From an uncultured Gemmatimonadaceae bacterium (GTDB lineage: Bacteria; Gemmatimonadota; Gemmatimonadetes; Gemmatimonadales; Gemmatimonadaceae), in assembly GCA_963817955.1 (NCBI GenBank), contig CAWFQK010000008.1, positions 1 to 64,000 of the forward strand: DNA of 64,000 nucleotides. The letters are read 5' to 3'. The translations under genes and the position numbers were made by a program. The notes below the pieces were generated by a model. That model ran no database searches. It was not told the DNA's origin and saw nothing but the letters and a program-made list of their open reading frames with translations. Of this stretch, positions 1-9,087 are shown one piece after another (within the stretch, counting starts at the first letter, position 1; each line of letters opens with the position of its first letter).

Positions 1-141
1 TAACACATTGTGGTGCAGGCACTTGCGACGGGTCCTCCGTCGCGTGAAAACCGATGATTGTTAGGCATCGGTCCTGCCTTTGGCGATGGTGCGCGGAATC
101 GTGAAGACATCTGCGCCACCCACCCCGGAGGCCAGGATGCC

Positions 142-528
142 GTGCACGCGAACACCTTGGTAGTGATCAGCCCAACGGGTGAACTTCGCCGATCGCTGGC
201 TGGAGCGCTGACCGACCCATGTGATGTTCTGGACGCACGTCCGGGTGCAGGGGTGCTCCGCGTGCTTCAGCGGGCTCGGCCATACCTGGTTATCGTCGAT
301 TGCATCGACGAGCGGCCGGAATCGGCGCAGCTCGAGATCGCGCTGGTGAAGGAACTGTGCCCGCAGGCGCGCGTCATTGCCGTCAGTCGGAATTCGTCGG
401 ACGCGGATGCGTTCGTCGTCGAACAAGGAATCTTCTGCTACGTCGCGGCGCCCTGCGAGGGAGAGTTGGTGCGGCTCATCCAAGCTGCCACGCGCGCCGC
501 CGACGCGGAGGCCATTCGAAACTCATGA
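142..528 (+). CDS. Single receiver (REC)-like domain protein, atypical
   Basis: ORF 58..528. Likely start is GTG at 142, after GGAGG. CheY-like pattern (LVIVD, VIAVS, 'YVAAP' lacking the conserved Lys). Stop overlaps the next ATG (ATGA). Confidence 0.55.
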   Translation: MHANTLVVISPTGELRRSLAGALTDPCDVLDARPGAGVLRVLQRARPYLVIVDCIDERPESAQLEIALVKELCPQARVIAVSRNSSDADAFVVEQGIFCYVAAPCEGELVRLIQAATRAADAEAIRNS

Positions 529-1457
529 GTATGCAGCGACGGGACTTTCTCAAATCGGGACTACTGGTGGCTGGCGGCGCAGCCGCCGGCGCCTTGGTGC
601 CCGGACACGCGGGGAACGCCTCGCCCGCAGCGCCGAATGGCCCAACCGCTGCGGCGACCTTGGCGCTCACACCAGACGGTGATCTCGTGGTGGCGCACAC
701 GCCGGGTGGCGTGAGGCCACAACCCACGTCGGCCGAAGTCCGGCGCGGAGTTCCTGGCAAGAAATGGGTCATGGTCATCGACCTGGCGAATTGCGACGGC
801 TGTGGCCAGTGCTCAAAGACTTGCTCGAAGAGTCACTTCGTTCCTCCCGATCGCGAGTGGCTCCGCATCTACAAGATGCAGGATGGGGAGAACACCACCC
901 CATACTGGCTGCCGCGTCCCTGCTTCCATTGCGACAACCCGCCGTGCGCGAGAGTGTGTCCAGTCGGCGCCACGTTCAAGCGCGACGACGGCATTGTGCT
1001 GATCGATAATGAGCGTTGTATTGGATGTCGGTTCTGCATGGCCGCGTGCCCCTATTCGGTGCGCACGTTCAACTGGAGCCGGCCCGCCGATCCGCCGGAA
1101 GCCGTCGCGCGCGGCTACTCGCCGGAATGGGGGTACCCACGGCGCGTCGGCACGGCGGAGAAGTGCGACTTCTGTCCCGACATGCTGCGCGAGGGAATGC
1201 TCCCGCACTGCGCCGGCGCGTGCCCGATGGGCGCGATCTATTTTGGCGACGAGAACGAGGACGCTGTCACGAATTCTCGCGGTGATACCGTGAGGCTCTC
1301 CAAGCTCCTGCGCGACCGCGCGGCGTTCCGCGAGCTCGAGGAGCTTGGCACCAAGCCACGCGTGTATTATCTGCCGCCCGACAACCGACACTATCCCGCG
1401 CCCGGCGATGCCGGCGCCAACACCGGCAACCAGAATACAGGCGTGGTGCAGAGATGA
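525..1457 (+). CDS. Tat-exported 4Fe-4S dicluster protein (NrfC/DmsB/TtrB family)
   Basis: ATG at 525 gives the twin-arginine signal MSMQRRDFLK. Four Cys groups: CDGCGQCSKTC, CFHCDNPPCARVCP, CIGCRFCMAACP, CDFC..CAGACP. C-terminal GTKPRVYY. Confidence 0.9.
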   Translation: MSMQRRDFLKSGLLVAGGAAAGALVPGHAGNASPAAPNGPTAAATLALTPDGDLVVAHTPGGVRPQPTSAEVRRGVPGKKWVMVIDLANCDGCGQCSKTCSKSHFVPPDREWLRIYKMQDGENTTPYWLPRPCFHCDNPPCARVCPVGATFKRDDGIVLIDNERCIGCRFCMAACPYSVRTFNWSRPADPPEAVARGYSPEWGYPRRVGTAEKCDFCPDMLREGMLPHCAGACPMGAIYFGDENEDAVTNSRGDTVRLSKLLRDRAAFRELEELGTKPRVYYLPPDNRHYPAPGDAGANTGNQNTGVVQR

Positions 1458-3430
1458 GCGCGAATACGCTACCCGGTCCCGTCGCAGGCGTTATGGACGA
1501 CCGCCTCGCCGTGACAGACATCGAGCGCGACATGCTCGCCACCCTGGAGCCAATGGGGCGGATGGGCCGTCTGTGGATCGCGAGCTTGCTCGGGGTCTGC
1601 GCGTTGGCGCTGGTCGCCTACGTCTACCAACTCGCGAACGGACTCCGCGTGACCGACATGCGGAACATCGTCTCGTGGGGCACGTACATGACGAACTTCG
1701 TGTTCTTCATTGGAATCAGCCACGCCGGAACGCTGATCTCGGCCATTCTCCGCGTGACAGACGCCGGATGGCGTCGCCCCATCACGCGTATGGCCGAGGC
1801 AATCACCGTCATCGCGCTGCTGGTCGGCGCGAGTATGGTGATGATCGACATGGGGCGCCCTGACCGCGTGTTGAACCTGCTGATCCACGGTCGTTTCCAG
1901 TCGCCCATCCTCTGGGATCTCGTGTCGGTGACTACGTATATCACGGGGAGTTTTCTGTACCTCTACGTGGCGATGATCCCGGATATGCCGATTCTCGCCC
2001 AGGCGGCACGGGCATCCGGCCGCTCTCCACGACTGGTTCGGTTCTACGAAGCGCTGTCGCTCGGGTTTCGTGAGACACCCGAGCATCGGCGCATTCTCGG
2101 ACGTGCGCTGGGCGCGATGGCGGTGATCATCATTCCGGTGGCCGTGTCGGTGCACACGGTGGTATCGTGGGTGTTCGGCATGACGCTCCGGCCCGGCTGG
2201 CACAGCACGATTTTCGGTCCCTACTTCGTGATCGGAGCGATCTTCTCGGGTACGGCGGCGATCATCACGGCGATGGCGTTGTTCCGGCGTGCCTACCACA
2301 TCGAGCGGTATCTGCGTCCGGAGCACTTCCATAAGCTCGCCAAGATCCTGCTCGTGCTCTCGCTGCTCTATGGGTACTTCACGCTGAGCGAGTATCTCAC
2401 CGCCTGGTATGGCGCCGCTGCTACTGAAACGCGTCTGCTCGAGCTCATCGCCGGCAACACGGCGTTCGGCCTGGTCTTCTGGTTGTGGGCCGCATTCGGA
2501 TTATTCGTCCCGATTGGATTGTTGCTATTCCCAAGCCGGCGCTCCCTCTCCTCAATCGTCACGGCGTCGGTGCTGATCAACATCGGGATGTGGTTGAAGC
2601 GGTATCTCATCATCGTTCCCACGCTGGAGACGCCGTACCTCCCCGCGTCGGCGGCAGGCATCAAGGTCCACTACTTCCCGAGCCTGGTGGAGTGCACGAT
2701 CACGGCGGGTGCGTTTGCCGCCTTCATGCTCCTGTTCACGCTGTTCTCGCGCCTGTTCCCAATTCTGTCCATCTGGGAGACGGCCGAGGATGCAGAGGAA
2801 GAAGCAGAGCGCGAGTCGATTCCGCGCTCGGCGAGCCACAAACCGGCCCTCGCCGCCCTCGGAATCGCCCTCGTCGTTGGCGCACTGGCGTCGTTCGGCG
2901 CAGCCCGCGGTGCCAGCGCTCAGACGCCGGCGGTCGCCGGCGCCGCCGCCGCCGCGGCAGCACGGCCGTCCACCGCCCAGATCACGATCACGCGCTCGAG
3001 CGAAGGGGGGCAGGACATGCTCATTGGGACGGTCACTTCCGACGGGCATCCCGTTGCCGGTGCCACCCTGGCGTTCTCGGTGACGCGAACGTTTGGAAAC
3101 ATGGCGCTCGGCACGGACCAGACGCTGAACGACGGCACCGCTGCCGTCGCGTTTCCGAAGGGTCTCCCGGGGGACACGAGCGGCCAACTGCAGGTGCGTG
3201 CGACGGTGCAGGCGCCGGCGGAACTGGTTGGGACGAGCGTGACCGCGGCGATTCCCGGCGGGACGCCGAGACGCACAACGAGCGATCCCGAGCCGCGAGC
3301 GCTCTGGTCCACGCGGCCGCCAATCGCGATGATTACGACGATCGGCTTTCTGCTCCTCTGTGTGTGGAGCACGTACGCCTTTGTCGTCAGGCAGCTCGTG
3401 GCGATGTCACACCTTCCACAGGAGAGTTGA
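1454..3430 (+). CDS. NrfD/PsrC (ActC-like) membrane quinol-interacting subunit with C-terminal extracytoplasmic extension
   Basis: WGTYMTNFVFFIGISHAGTLISAILR, WRRPITRMAE, DMGRPDR, SPILWD, VSVHTVVSW and WHSTIFGPYFV motifs. About 200 extra aa follow the NrfD domain. Confidence 0.88.
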   Translation: MSANTLPGPVAGVMDDRLAVTDIERDMLATLEPMGRMGRLWIASLLGVCALALVAYVYQLANGLRVTDMRNIVSWGTYMTNFVFFIGISHAGTLISAILRVTDAGWRRPITRMAEAITVIALLVGASMVMIDMGRPDRVLNLLIHGRFQSPILWDLVSVTTYITGSFLYLYVAMIPDMPILAQAARASGRSPRLVRFYEALSLGFRETPEHRRILGRALGAMAVIIIPVAVSVHTVVSWVFGMTLRPGWHSTIFGPYFVIGAIFSGTAAIITAMALFRRAYHIERYLRPEHFHKLAKILLVLSLLYGYFTLSEYLTAWYGAAATETRLLELIAGNTAFGLVFWLWAAFGLFVPIGLLLFPSRRSLSSIVTASVLINIGMWLKRYLIIVPTLETPYLPASAAGIKVHYFPSLVECTITAGAFAAFMLLFTLFSRLFPILSIWETAEDAEEEAERESIPRSASHKPALAALGIALVVGALASFGAARGASAQTPAVAGAAAAAAARPSTAQITITRSSEGGQDMLIGTVTSDGHPVAGATLAFSVTRTFGNMALGTDQTLNDGTAAVAFPKGLPGDTSGQLQVRATVQAPAELVGTSVTAAIPGGTPRRTTSDPEPRALWSTRPPIAMITTIGFLLLCVWSTYAFVVRQLVAMSHLPQES

Positions 3431-3433
3431 GCG

Positions 3434-3865
3434 ATGTCACGTTCGCGCATGGTGTCCGTGACCGCACGTTGTGCGGCATTGTCGTTCCTATTCTTGACGC
3501 TCGTGGGTCATGCATCCGAAGCGCGCGCACAGGCCGCGGTGTGGACCGCGCCCGAACGGGCGGCGCATCGTCCCAACCCCGTGGTGGCGACGACCGCCGT
3601 CATTGGGCAAGGGCAGATGGTTTTTCAGGGGACCTGTCAGCAATGTCACGGGGCAAAAGGCCATGGCGACGGCCCGATGTCGACATCGCTGCCGATCAAG
3701 CCGGCCGACCTCGCCTCGGCGAAGGTACAGGCGCAGACGGACGGCGCGATCTTCTGGAAGATCGAATCGGGGAAAGGCATGATGCCGAGCACGCAGACCA
3801 CGCTCAACGATGATCAGCGGTGGGCCGTGATCGGATATATCCGGACGCTCGCGGCGAAGAAATAG
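3434..3865 (+). CDS. Monoheme cytochrome c
   Basis: Signal peptide, CQQCH heme motif, TDGAIFWKI..G.GMMP axial Met region. Confidence 0.9.
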   Translation: MSRSRMVSVTARCAALSFLFLTLVGHASEARAQAAVWTAPERAAHRPNPVVATTAVIGQGQMVFQGTCQQCHGAKGHGDGPMSTSLPIKPADLASAKVQAQTDGAIFWKIESGKGMMPSTQTTLNDDQRWAVIGYIRTLAAKK

Positions 3866-3917
3866 CGGGCGGTAGTTCCGTATTACGCCCGGGGCCGGCG
3901 CGACATTTCGCCCGATC

Positions 3918-3969
3918 GGGAGTCGAATTCGAGAGTCGAATTCGAGAGTCGAATTCGGGAGTCGAATGA
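3918..3969. repeat. 13-bp tandem repeat x4 (GRGAGTCGAATTC)
   Basis: Units at 3918, 3931, 3944 and 3957; the last is imperfect. Confidence 0.9.
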
Positions 3970-3971
3970 GG

Positions 3972-4010
3972 AAGAGCATTGGCGGATCCTACGGATCCGC
4001 CAATGCTCTT
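3972..4010 (+). terminator. Perfect 18-bp hairpin, probable terminator of the redox operon
   Basis: AAGAGCATTGGCGGATCC-TAC-GGATCCGCCAATGCTCTT; only a weak U-tract follows. Confidence 0.6.
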
Positions 4011-4048
4011 TGCGTGTATATAGATCTGTGGTTTTGCCGGAGTGCACA

Positions 4049-4489
4049 ATGCGCGTACGAGACTTTATCGAACAGAAGCAGGCGACGGTGATCACGGTTC
4101 ACCCAGGAGACCCGCTCAGCCTGGCTATCGACCTTCTCATCGACCACAACATCGGAGGTCTTCCGGTTCTGTTGAAGGACGGCTCGGTGGTCGGCTTCGT
4201 CGCTGAACGTGACGTCGTGCGAGCCCTCCACGAGCACCGGAACGCGTTCGCGCAGTTGCGCGTTCAGGACGTCATGCAACGCGCGCCGCTCTGTGAGGCC
4301 GACGACTCCCTGGAACATGTGATGCGGCGCATGACGGCTCAGCGGCGACGGCACCTGGTGGCGGTCGAGAACGGTCACGTGATCGGAGTGATCTCCGTCG
4401 GCGACATCGTCAAGCACCGTCTCGACGAGTTGGAGATGGAGACCAGCGTGCTGCGCGACTATGTGGCCGCTGGGCGCGCGAGCCGATGA
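4049..4489 (+). CDS. CBS domain pair protein
   Basis: ATG at 4049. HNIGGLPV..GSVVGFVAERDVV and RRRHLVAV..GVISVGDIVK motifs. Confidence 0.9.
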   Translation: MRVRDFIEQKQATVITVHPGDPLSLAIDLLIDHNIGGLPVLLKDGSVVGFVAERDVVRALHEHRNAFAQLRVQDVMQRAPLCEADDSLEHVMRRMTAQRRRHLVAVENGHVIGVISVGDIVKHRLDELEMETSVLRDYVAAGRASR

Positions 4490-4512
4490 GATTGCGGGCC
4501 GGGACACGGGAT

Positions 4513-4563
4513 GCCTGTCATCCTGAGCGAAGGCCTGTCATCCTGAGCGAAGCGAAGGATCTC
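4513..4563 (+). repeat. REP-like palindromic repeat, left arm (CCTGTCATCCTGAGCGA x2 + AGCGAAGGATCTC)
   Basis: Inverted relative to the copies at 6430-6536 and 11148-11179. Confidence 0.8.
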
Positions 4564-4784
4564 GGTGGCCGGCCCAACAGCTTTAACGCAGAGGTCGCAG
4601 AGAACTGCAGGAGAACTGCAGAGACGTGCGGCACGTACCCCTCACTCGGCGCAGCGGAAGAACTATAAGGACCGTGAAGGATTGTCTCGCCTGGATGTCT
4701 TGGCTGAGGCCGTCGTGATGCTCCGATGGGGTCGCCCAGGTCGGGTGTATTGGTTCAGCGGAAATGGACTTTTGGGGGGTGGGT

Positions 4785-5803
4785 TTATAGGAATACGGCA
4801 ACAGCGGCTTGGGCGGTGGGTGAGGGGGTCTGCCACGAATCGCGTCGATGAGCCCGAGCCGCTTCGAGCTTCCGATCGCGCGCCGTCCGAATCTCCTCGG
4901 CGCGGCCGGCGAGCAGGGCCGCGGGCGGAATGTAGCCAATGCCGCTCTGAAGACGGTGGAAGTTGTAGTGCTCCACGAAGCGTGCGACGAGCTGTCGCGC
5001 TGCGTCGAGGGAGCCGGGAGACGCCGGACGAATGGTGGTGCATTTCAGGGTCTTGTTCCAGGCCTCGATCTTCCCATTCGATTGCGGATAATACGGGGAG
5101 GTCCGGACGTGGGTCATGCCCGCGAGCCGGATGAACGCCTTGAAGTCCTTCGCGATGAACTGCGGGCCATTGTCGGAGATCATCCGCGGCCGGACGTCGG
5201 GAAACTGTTCGCGCGCGCGCTGGAGCACCGTCTCGACGTCGGCCGTGGTCATCGCCTCGCGGATCTCCCAATGCACCAGGAAGCGACTCGCCCCGTCGAG
5301 GATGGCGCAGAGGTAGTAGAACGTCCCCGCCAGGTTGAGATACGTCATGTCGATGTGCCAATGCTCGTGGGGCCGAAGCGGCTGGACGAATCCCGTCCCC
5401 TTCTTGTTCGGTGAGCCCCTGCGATTCCAGCGATCGATCACGCCTGCGGCCCGCAGCACGCGATAGACGGTGGCCGGACTCACGGCGACCACATCGGCGT
5501 CGATCATCATGTAGGCCAAGCGGCGATACCCCTCGATGGGATGCGCCGCGTGATAGGCGAGAATGGCCTGGCGTTCCGCCGGCGTGAGCCAGTGGTCGCG
5601 GGAGATGAGCCCGTTGTGGGTGTTCGCTTGGCCGTACCGCGTGGTCCACCGACGGAACTGCCCGGCCGCAATGCCAAGCCGGTCGAGCACCCAACGCACG
5701 GGATGGTCGGTGCGCCGACCGAACGCGGTGACGAAATCCACGATCTCGTCTCGGAGCTCGCGCGGGACCCAGCGCCGTCTCAGCGGTCCCCAACTTTTTT
5801 TTT
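4785..5803 (-). CDS. IS3 transposase OrfB (DDE integrase core), reached by -1 frameshift
   Basis: WHIDMTY, ISDNGPQF and SNGKIEAWNKTLK motifs. The frame is open upstream to the A9G run (SWGPLRRRWVPRELRDEIVDF). Confidence 0.9.
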
Positions 5804-6124
5804 GAGCGCCAGGTACTCCTCCGAGATCTCGGCGATCACGGCGTCCTTTCTGGCCAGCGTCGCTTCGAGCGTGGCGATCCGCTGCCGGTCCACGCGGGCG
5901 GTCTGCTCCTCGCCGCGGCGCGTCCGCCCGTCTTGGAACGCCGGACTCAGATGCTCCAGCGCTTGGTGCAGCCAGTTGTAGAACAGGCTGGGTTGGAGGT
6001 GGTACTCATCGCAGAGGTCCGACACGGGGATCTTGTCGGCGAGATGCCGCCGGAGGATGGTCGCCTTTTCTTCAGGCGTGAACTTCCGACGCTGGCGTCG
6101 GGTGGTGCCGTTTGTTTGACTCAT
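5780..6124 (-). CDS. IS3 transposase OrfA (HTH)
   Basis: RRKFTPEEKATIL..VSDLCDEYHLQPSLFYNW; ends LKKKVGDR at the slippery site. Confidence 0.88.
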   Translation of the reverse strand: MSQTNGTTRRQRRKFTPEEKATILRRHLADKIPVSDLCDEYHLQPSLFYNWLHQALEHLSPAFQDGRTRRGEEQTARVDRQRIATLEATLARKDAVIAEISEEYLALKKKVGDR

Positions 6125-6429
6125 GGGCTCCTTGGTCCTCCGAAGTGTGGAGAGGGTAGGAGTCACATTTCAACTGAGGCAATACACGGGATCATCGACG
6201 ATATAGGCGGAATGCTTGTCGACTCGGCATCCACGGTTCATTCCACTGATACGCGCTTCCCTCTTCCGTACGCTTGCAGTTCTTTCTTGCAGTTCTCTTT
6301 TGCAGTTCTCTTTTGCAGTTCCCTTTTCCAGTTCTTTTGCAGTTCTCTGCAGTTCTCTTGCAGTTCTCTGCGTCCTCTGCGTTAAAGCTGTTGGGCCGCT
6401 CTGCGGTAGAAAGTGATCTGTCGGTCACA

Positions 6430-6536
6430 GAGATCCTTCGCTTTCGCTCAGGATGACAGGCGTCGCTCAGGATGACAGGCGTCGCTCAGGATGACAGGCC
6501 GTCGCTCAGGATGACAGGCCGTCGCTCAGGATGACA
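6430..6536 (-). repeat. REP-like repeat, right arm with five tandem 19-20 bp units (TCGCTCAGGATGACAGGC)
   Basis: Units start at 6444, 6463, 6482, 6502 and 6522, preceded by GAGATCCTTCGCTT. Reverse complement of 4513-4563. Confidence 0.85.
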
Positions 6537-6538
6537 CC

Positions 6539-7846
6539 CTACGACACCACGAACATCCCGACTGCCGCCACCGCCATCACGGCGGCTGCAACCCCGACCA
6601 GGATGCGTGCGCGCAGTGGGCTCGGTTGGCCCTGCATCAACGCGCCGTCGGACGCGGCGATCAAGATGCCGATCAACAAGAACGGAGCGAGCACACCGTT
6701 GATGACGGCCGTCCAGTATAGCGCGGCCACCGCATTGACGCGGGCGACGTTCATCGCGATCCCGAGTCCGATGGAGCAGATGAACGCCGCGTAGAATCCT
6801 GGCGCGCGGTTGTACGGCTCGTCCATGCCTTGCCGCCAGCCGAAGATCTCGGCGAATGCGTACGCACCGGCGCCGGCGAGGGTCGGAATTGCCAGGGCAC
6901 CAGTCCCCAGGAGTCCCACCGTATAGAGCAGGGAAGCGAAGCGCCCAGCGAGCGGCGCCAGTGCTTCAGCTACCTGCCGCGATGTCATCAGCCTCGTCAA
7001 GCCCGCGCGATGGAGCGTGAGCGCCGTTGCGAGAATGATGAAGAACATGGCCGCGTTCGAGAAGAACGTTCCGATGACGATGTCGACGGTGCGCGTGTGG
7101 ATCTCATACGCGTCGGCGCCGACGCGATCGGCGATTCGGCGGCGGCCGAGTCCCTTCTCTTCTTCGACTTCCTGTGAGGCCTGCCAGAAGAACAGATACG
7201 GTGAGATGGTCGTGCCAAGGATGGCGACGAGGGTGGCCCACGCACCGCCCAGGTGTGGCATTCCTGGAATGAACGTGTCATGCGCAACGACCGACCACGT
7301 CGGCCCAACGTAGAGGGCAGTGACGACGTACGCGAGCAGCACGAGCGCGAGCCACTTGAGCCCGTTCGCGATCGTGGCGTAGCGCAGCCGGATGGTTGCC
7401 ACCGCGATGACGACGCCGAGCACCACGACCCAGATGCGCGAATTGATGCCGGTCAGCAGCTCCGCGGCATCCGCCATTCCGTTGAGGTCGGCGCCAACGT
7501 TGATCGTGTTGGCAATGAACAGCGCGACGGCCGCGACGAGCAGCACCGAACGGGGGAACTTGTGTCGCAGCGCGCCGGCAATGCCCCGGCCGGTCACCAT
7601 CCCGATTCGCGCGCACATGTTCTGCACGGCGATCATGAGCGGCCAGGTGAACAGCGCGGTCCAGAGCAGGGCCGTGCCGTATTGCGCGCCGGCAATGGAG
7701 TAGGTCGCGATCCCCGACGGATCGTCGTCGGCTGCGCCCGTGACGATGCCCGGTCCCAGACTCCGCCAAAAAGCCCGGATGCCTACAGGACGCGCAGGCA
7801 CCCGCGGATCCTGCCGCCGCTCGCCCGCGCGTGGATCCGCCTTCAT
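6539..7846 (-). CDS. NRAMP-family divalent metal transporter
   Basis: LGPGIVTGAADDDPSGIATYS and LGTTISPYLFFWQ motifs; multiple TM segments. Confidence 0.9.
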   Translation of the reverse strand: MKADPRAGERRQDPRVPARPVGIRAFWRSLGPGIVTGAADDDPSGIATYSIAGAQYGTALLWTALFTWPLMIAVQNMCARIGMVTGRGIAGALRHKFPRSVLLVAAVALFIANTINVGADLNGMADAAELLTGINSRIWVVVLGVVIAVATIRLRYATIANGLKWLALVLLAYVVTALYVGPTWSVVAHDTFIPGMPHLGGAWATLVAILGTTISPYLFFWQASQEVEEEKGLGRRRIADRVGADAYEIHTRTVDIVIGTFFSNAAMFFIILATALTLHRAGLTRLMTSRQVAEALAPLAGRFASLLYTVGLLGTGALAIPTLAGAGAYAFAEIFGWRQGMDEPYNRAPGFYAAFICSIGLGIAMNVARVNAVAALYWTAVINGVLAPFLLIGILIAASDGALMQGQPSPLRARILVGVAAAVMAVAAVGMFVVS

Positions 7847-7867
7847 GGCGTGAGAGCGATGAGCGGC

Positions 7868-9085
7868 CTACTCGTATCGCAGCGCGGCGATCGGATCGAG
7901 CTGCGCGGCGCGACGTGCGGGCCACACGCCAAACACGATGCCGACGAGCGCGGAGAACGCGAACGCCAGGACGACGGACGACGCGCTCACCGTCGCGTTC
8001 CAGTGAGCCGACACCCGCATGACCTCGGCGCCGGCCAGGCCAAACAGCGCGCCGATGACGCCGCCGGCGAGTGAGAGGACCACGGCTTCGATCAGAAACT
8101 GGAGGAGCACGTTGTGTTTGGTGGCGCCCAGTGCTTTGCGAATGCCGATCTCATGCGTGCGCTCGGTGACGGACACGAGCATGATGTTCATGATCCCGAT
8201 TCCGCCCACGAGCAGGCTAACCGCGGCGATGCCGGCAAGCAAGCTCGTGAACGATTGCGTCGTTGCCGCGAACGCGTTCAGGAAATCCGCCTGATTCCGG
8301 GTCTGAAAATCATCGGGTCGGCCCGGCATGATGTGATGCGCGCGTCGCATGATACGCTCGATGTCGCCCATGGTCTTAGGAATCATATCCTCCGTGGGCG
8401 CCAGCACGCCAATGGTGCGCAGTTGGCGCGTGTCCATGACGCGAAAGCGGGCGGTGTTCAATGGAATGAGGATTTGATCGTCAGGATCCGAAAATCCCGA
8501 TGCGCCGCCCTTGGGCGCCAGCACGCCAATCACCGTGAACGGAATACTGTTGATACGAATGGTTGAATCGAGGAGCGCGGCCGGGGTCGTCTTGAGATTC
8601 GCAACGACCGTCGCGCCCAACACGGCGGCTCGCCGCCGGCCATTATCGTCGCTTGGCGTGAACATGACGCCCTGGGCCACCGTGTACCGGCGGATCTGCG
8701 GATAGTTCGACGTCGTGCCGATTACCTGCGTGCTGGTATTGGCGCCGTGAAACTGGATCTGGAGTTGACGCGCCATCTCCGGCTCCACGCCCGCGATGTT
8801 GTGACCTTGTGTGCGGAGCGCATCGGCATCCTCGACATACAACGGCGCGCGATCGCTCTGCGACACGATCCCTCCAACCGCGACCTGTCCGGGTACGACC
8901 ATGAGGAGTGTGGTGCCGAGCGCGGCAATCCGCGACGACACAGACTCCTGCGCGCCGCGCCCGAGTGCCAACATCGCGATGACGGCGCCCACGCCGATCA
9001 CGATGCCGAGCATCGTGAGCAGCGACCGAATCACATTGAGGCGCAGTGATGCGAGTGCGACGAGGATGGTCTCGACAAACAACAT
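7868..9085 (-). CDS. MacB/FtsX-type ABC transporter permease
   Basis: RSLLTMLGIVIGV and VGGIGIMNIMLVSVTERTHEIGIRKALGA motifs. Confidence 0.92.
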   Translation of the reverse strand: MLFVETILVALASLRLNVIRSLLTMLGIVIGVGAVIAMLALGRGAQESVSSRIAALGTTLLMVVPGQVAVGGIVSQSDRAPLYVEDADALRTQGHNIAGVEPEMARQLQIQFHGANTSTQVIGTTSNYPQIRRYTVAQGVMFTPSDDNGRRRAAVLGATVVANLKTTPAALLDSTIRINSIPFTVIGVLAPKGGASGFSDPDDQILIPLNTARFRVMDTRQLRTIGVLAPTEDMIPKTMGDIERIMRRAHHIMPGRPDDFQTRNQADFLNAFAATTQSFTSLLAGIAAVSLLVGGIGIMNIMLVSVTERTHEIGIRKALGATKHNVLLQFLIEAVVLSLAGGVIGALFGLAGAEVMRVSAHWNATVSASSVVLAFAFSALVGIVFGVWPARRAAQLDPIAALRYE

Positions 9086-9087
9086 GG

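Larger units (their letters stand above)
4746..6186 (-). mobile_element. IS3-family insertion sequence (1441 bp)
   Basis: TG..CA ends. Imperfect TIRs TGTATTGGTTCAGCGGAAATG / TGTATTGCCTCAGTTGAAATG. 4-bp target duplication CGGG at 4742-4745 and 6187-6190. Carries orfA and orfB. Confidence 0.92.
4570..6398. mobile_element. Palindromic MITE-like element copy A, interrupted by IS3
   Basis: About 54-bp terminal inverted repeats CGGCCCAACAGCTTTAACGCAGAGG(T/A)CGCAGAGAACTGCA.. at 4570-4623 and 6345-6398. The core is homologous, in reverse orientation, to 10900-11062 and 63274-63437. Confidence 0.75.

Noticed and set aside
4486..4668. Small ORFs over the REP/MITE regions (e.g. CHPERRPVILSEAKDL, ENCKRELQ repeats)
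   Set aside because: They are translations of the nucleotide repeats, not credible proteins.
6430..6536. Five regularly spaced repeats resembling a CRISPR array
   Set aside because: The units are directly tandem with no unique spacers, there are no cas genes, and the same unit occurs dispersed as a REP-like repeat.
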